64,000 nt of DNA from Gemmatimonadota bacterium (lineage in GTDB: Bacteria > Gemmatimonadota > Gemmatimonadetes > Gemmatimonadales > GWC2-71-9): contig JANXXJ010000131.1 in the NCBI GenBank assembly GCA_025350665.1, positions 7,262-71,261 of the forward strand, given 5' to 3'. The notes below the pieces were generated by a model. That model searched no databases. It saw only the letters and a list, made by a program, of their open reading frames with translations, and was not told where the DNA came from. Made by a program: the position numbers and the translations under genes. Every line of letters starts with the position of its first letter. Positions within the stretch are counted from its first letter, which is position 1. Of this stretch, positions 63,230 through 64,000 are shown piece after piece.

Positions 63230-63904
63230 ATGAGATCCGGAATTCTTTTCGACTTTGGGGGAACGCTCGACGCCGACGGCATCCCGTGGGTGGAGCGCTT
63301 CTTCTCCCACTACCACTCCCTCGGCGGCCGCCTGGGCGAAATCCAGTTCCGATCCGTGTTTCAGGCCAGCGATCGCGCGCTGGATGCCGGGATCATCGGA
63401 CCGCGCGACGGGTTTTTCGAAACGCTGGACCAGCAGACCCGACTGCTAGTCGGGCTCCTGCCGGATGGACGATTGGTCGACCGAACCGCGTGGACGAACC
63501 GGGTCCACCAGGACGCGCTGCAGGCCGTGCGTCGCAACGGTCCGGTGCTCGACGTGTTGAGCGACCGGTTTACCCTGGGCGTCGTTTCCAATTTCTTCGG
63601 GAACCTGCGCGCGGTGCTCGACGAGCTCGGACTCCTCGGCTACTTTCGCTGTGTCACCGACTCGGCCATCGTCGGATTCCAGAAGCCCGACGCGCGAGCC
63701 TTCGAACTCACCTGCGCCGGCGTCGGGCTTCCGCCAGTTGAGTGTATCATGGTAGGCGACAACCCATTCGCTGACATCCAGGGTGCAGGCGCGGTTGCCA
63801 TGGAAACCTGCTGGCTGGCCCCAACCGACCGGTCAATGCCGGCGGGCGTCCGGCCCACTCTCCGCATTGCCCGCCTCGACGAACTCCTCGAGGTGCTGCC
63901 GTGA
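63230..63904 (+). CDS. HAD superfamily hydrolase
   Basis: Internal ATG 63230 of the fused ORF 61937..63904, with RBS AAGGGGG. HAD motif I is ILFDFGGTLD, motif II is LGVVSN, and motifs III/IV are KPD...VGDNPFADI. Confidence 0.8.
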   Translation: MRSGILFDFGGTLDADGIPWVERFFSHYHSLGGRLGEIQFRSVFQASDRALDAGIIGPRDGFFETLDQQTRLLVGLLPDGRLVDRTAWTNRVHQDALQAVRRNGPVLDVLSDRFTLGVVSNFFGNLRAVLDELGLLGYFRCVTDSAIVGFQKPDARAFELTCAGVGLPPVECIMVGDNPFADIQGAGAVAMETCWLAPTDRSMPAGVRPTLRIARLDELLEVLP

Positions 63905-64000
63905 ACCTGCTGGGCCTGGTCCTCGCCGGCGGCGAGGGCAGCCGACTCGCGAAGGAGGGCGTCGCGACGCCCAAGGCCTTCCTGCCCATCGGCGGACGGC
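63901..64000 (+). CDS. nucleotidyltransferase (sugar-phosphate NTP-transferase family), N-terminal fragment running off the window
   Basis: The GTG at 63901 overlaps the HAD stop (GTGA). The sequence LLGLVLAGGEGSRLAKEGVATPKAFLPIGGR is the G-x-G-x-R-L nucleotide-binding signature. Confidence 0.7.
   Translation, partial: MNLLGLVLAGGEGSRLAKEGVATPKAFLPIGGR

Overview
High-GC (about 65-70% by eye), densely coding chromosomal segment. I can support about 55 protein-coding genes. I saw no rRNA, tRNA, CRISPR array, transposase, integrase or phage gene. The gene content includes two ~1000-aa secreted BNR/sortilin-type proteins, many secreted S9/M28 peptidases, TAT-signal hydrolases and frequent ATGA/GTGA start-stop overlaps. 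This suggests a Gemmatimonadota-like soil bacterium, which is inference only. All family calls come from reading the supplied translations for motifs. No database search was run.

The ORF track contains many long antisense or out-of-frame ORFs typical of high-GC DNA. I trimmed several fused ORFs to internal starts supported by RBS-like sequence, start/stop coupling or family-typical N-termini.

The most unusual locus is 36.6-43.3 kb. It holds the only AT-rich island in the window (about 35% GC over 200 bp, with nested palindromes and a sigma70-like promoter). Behind it sit two co-oriented giant signalling proteins. The first is a membrane CHASE4/PAS sensor whose kinase core lacks the phospho-His and the ATP-binding motifs. 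The second is a sensor-less but intact HisKA/HATPase kinase carrying two degenerate receivers, a ~330-aa Pro/Glu/Val/Ala-rich linker and Hpt-like bundles. All four Hpt-like bundles in the pair lack the phospho-accepting His. No response regulator is encoded beside them.

Other items worth a second look:
- an 18-Cys (nine Cys pairs) repeat protein with a His-rich centre, next to an orphan small basic AP2-like gene
- a minus-strand run of AstE/AspA-like deacylase, TauE exporter, diiron ferritin-like protein and GH38
- a GNAT, sirtuin and acyl-CoA synthetase cluster
- a tightly coupled run of small membrane protein, methyltransferase, LOG-like protein, unknown protein, PnuC and NR kinase
- a five-gene hydrolase/aminotransferase string
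- a candidate sigma54 promoter next to an NtrC-type two-component system
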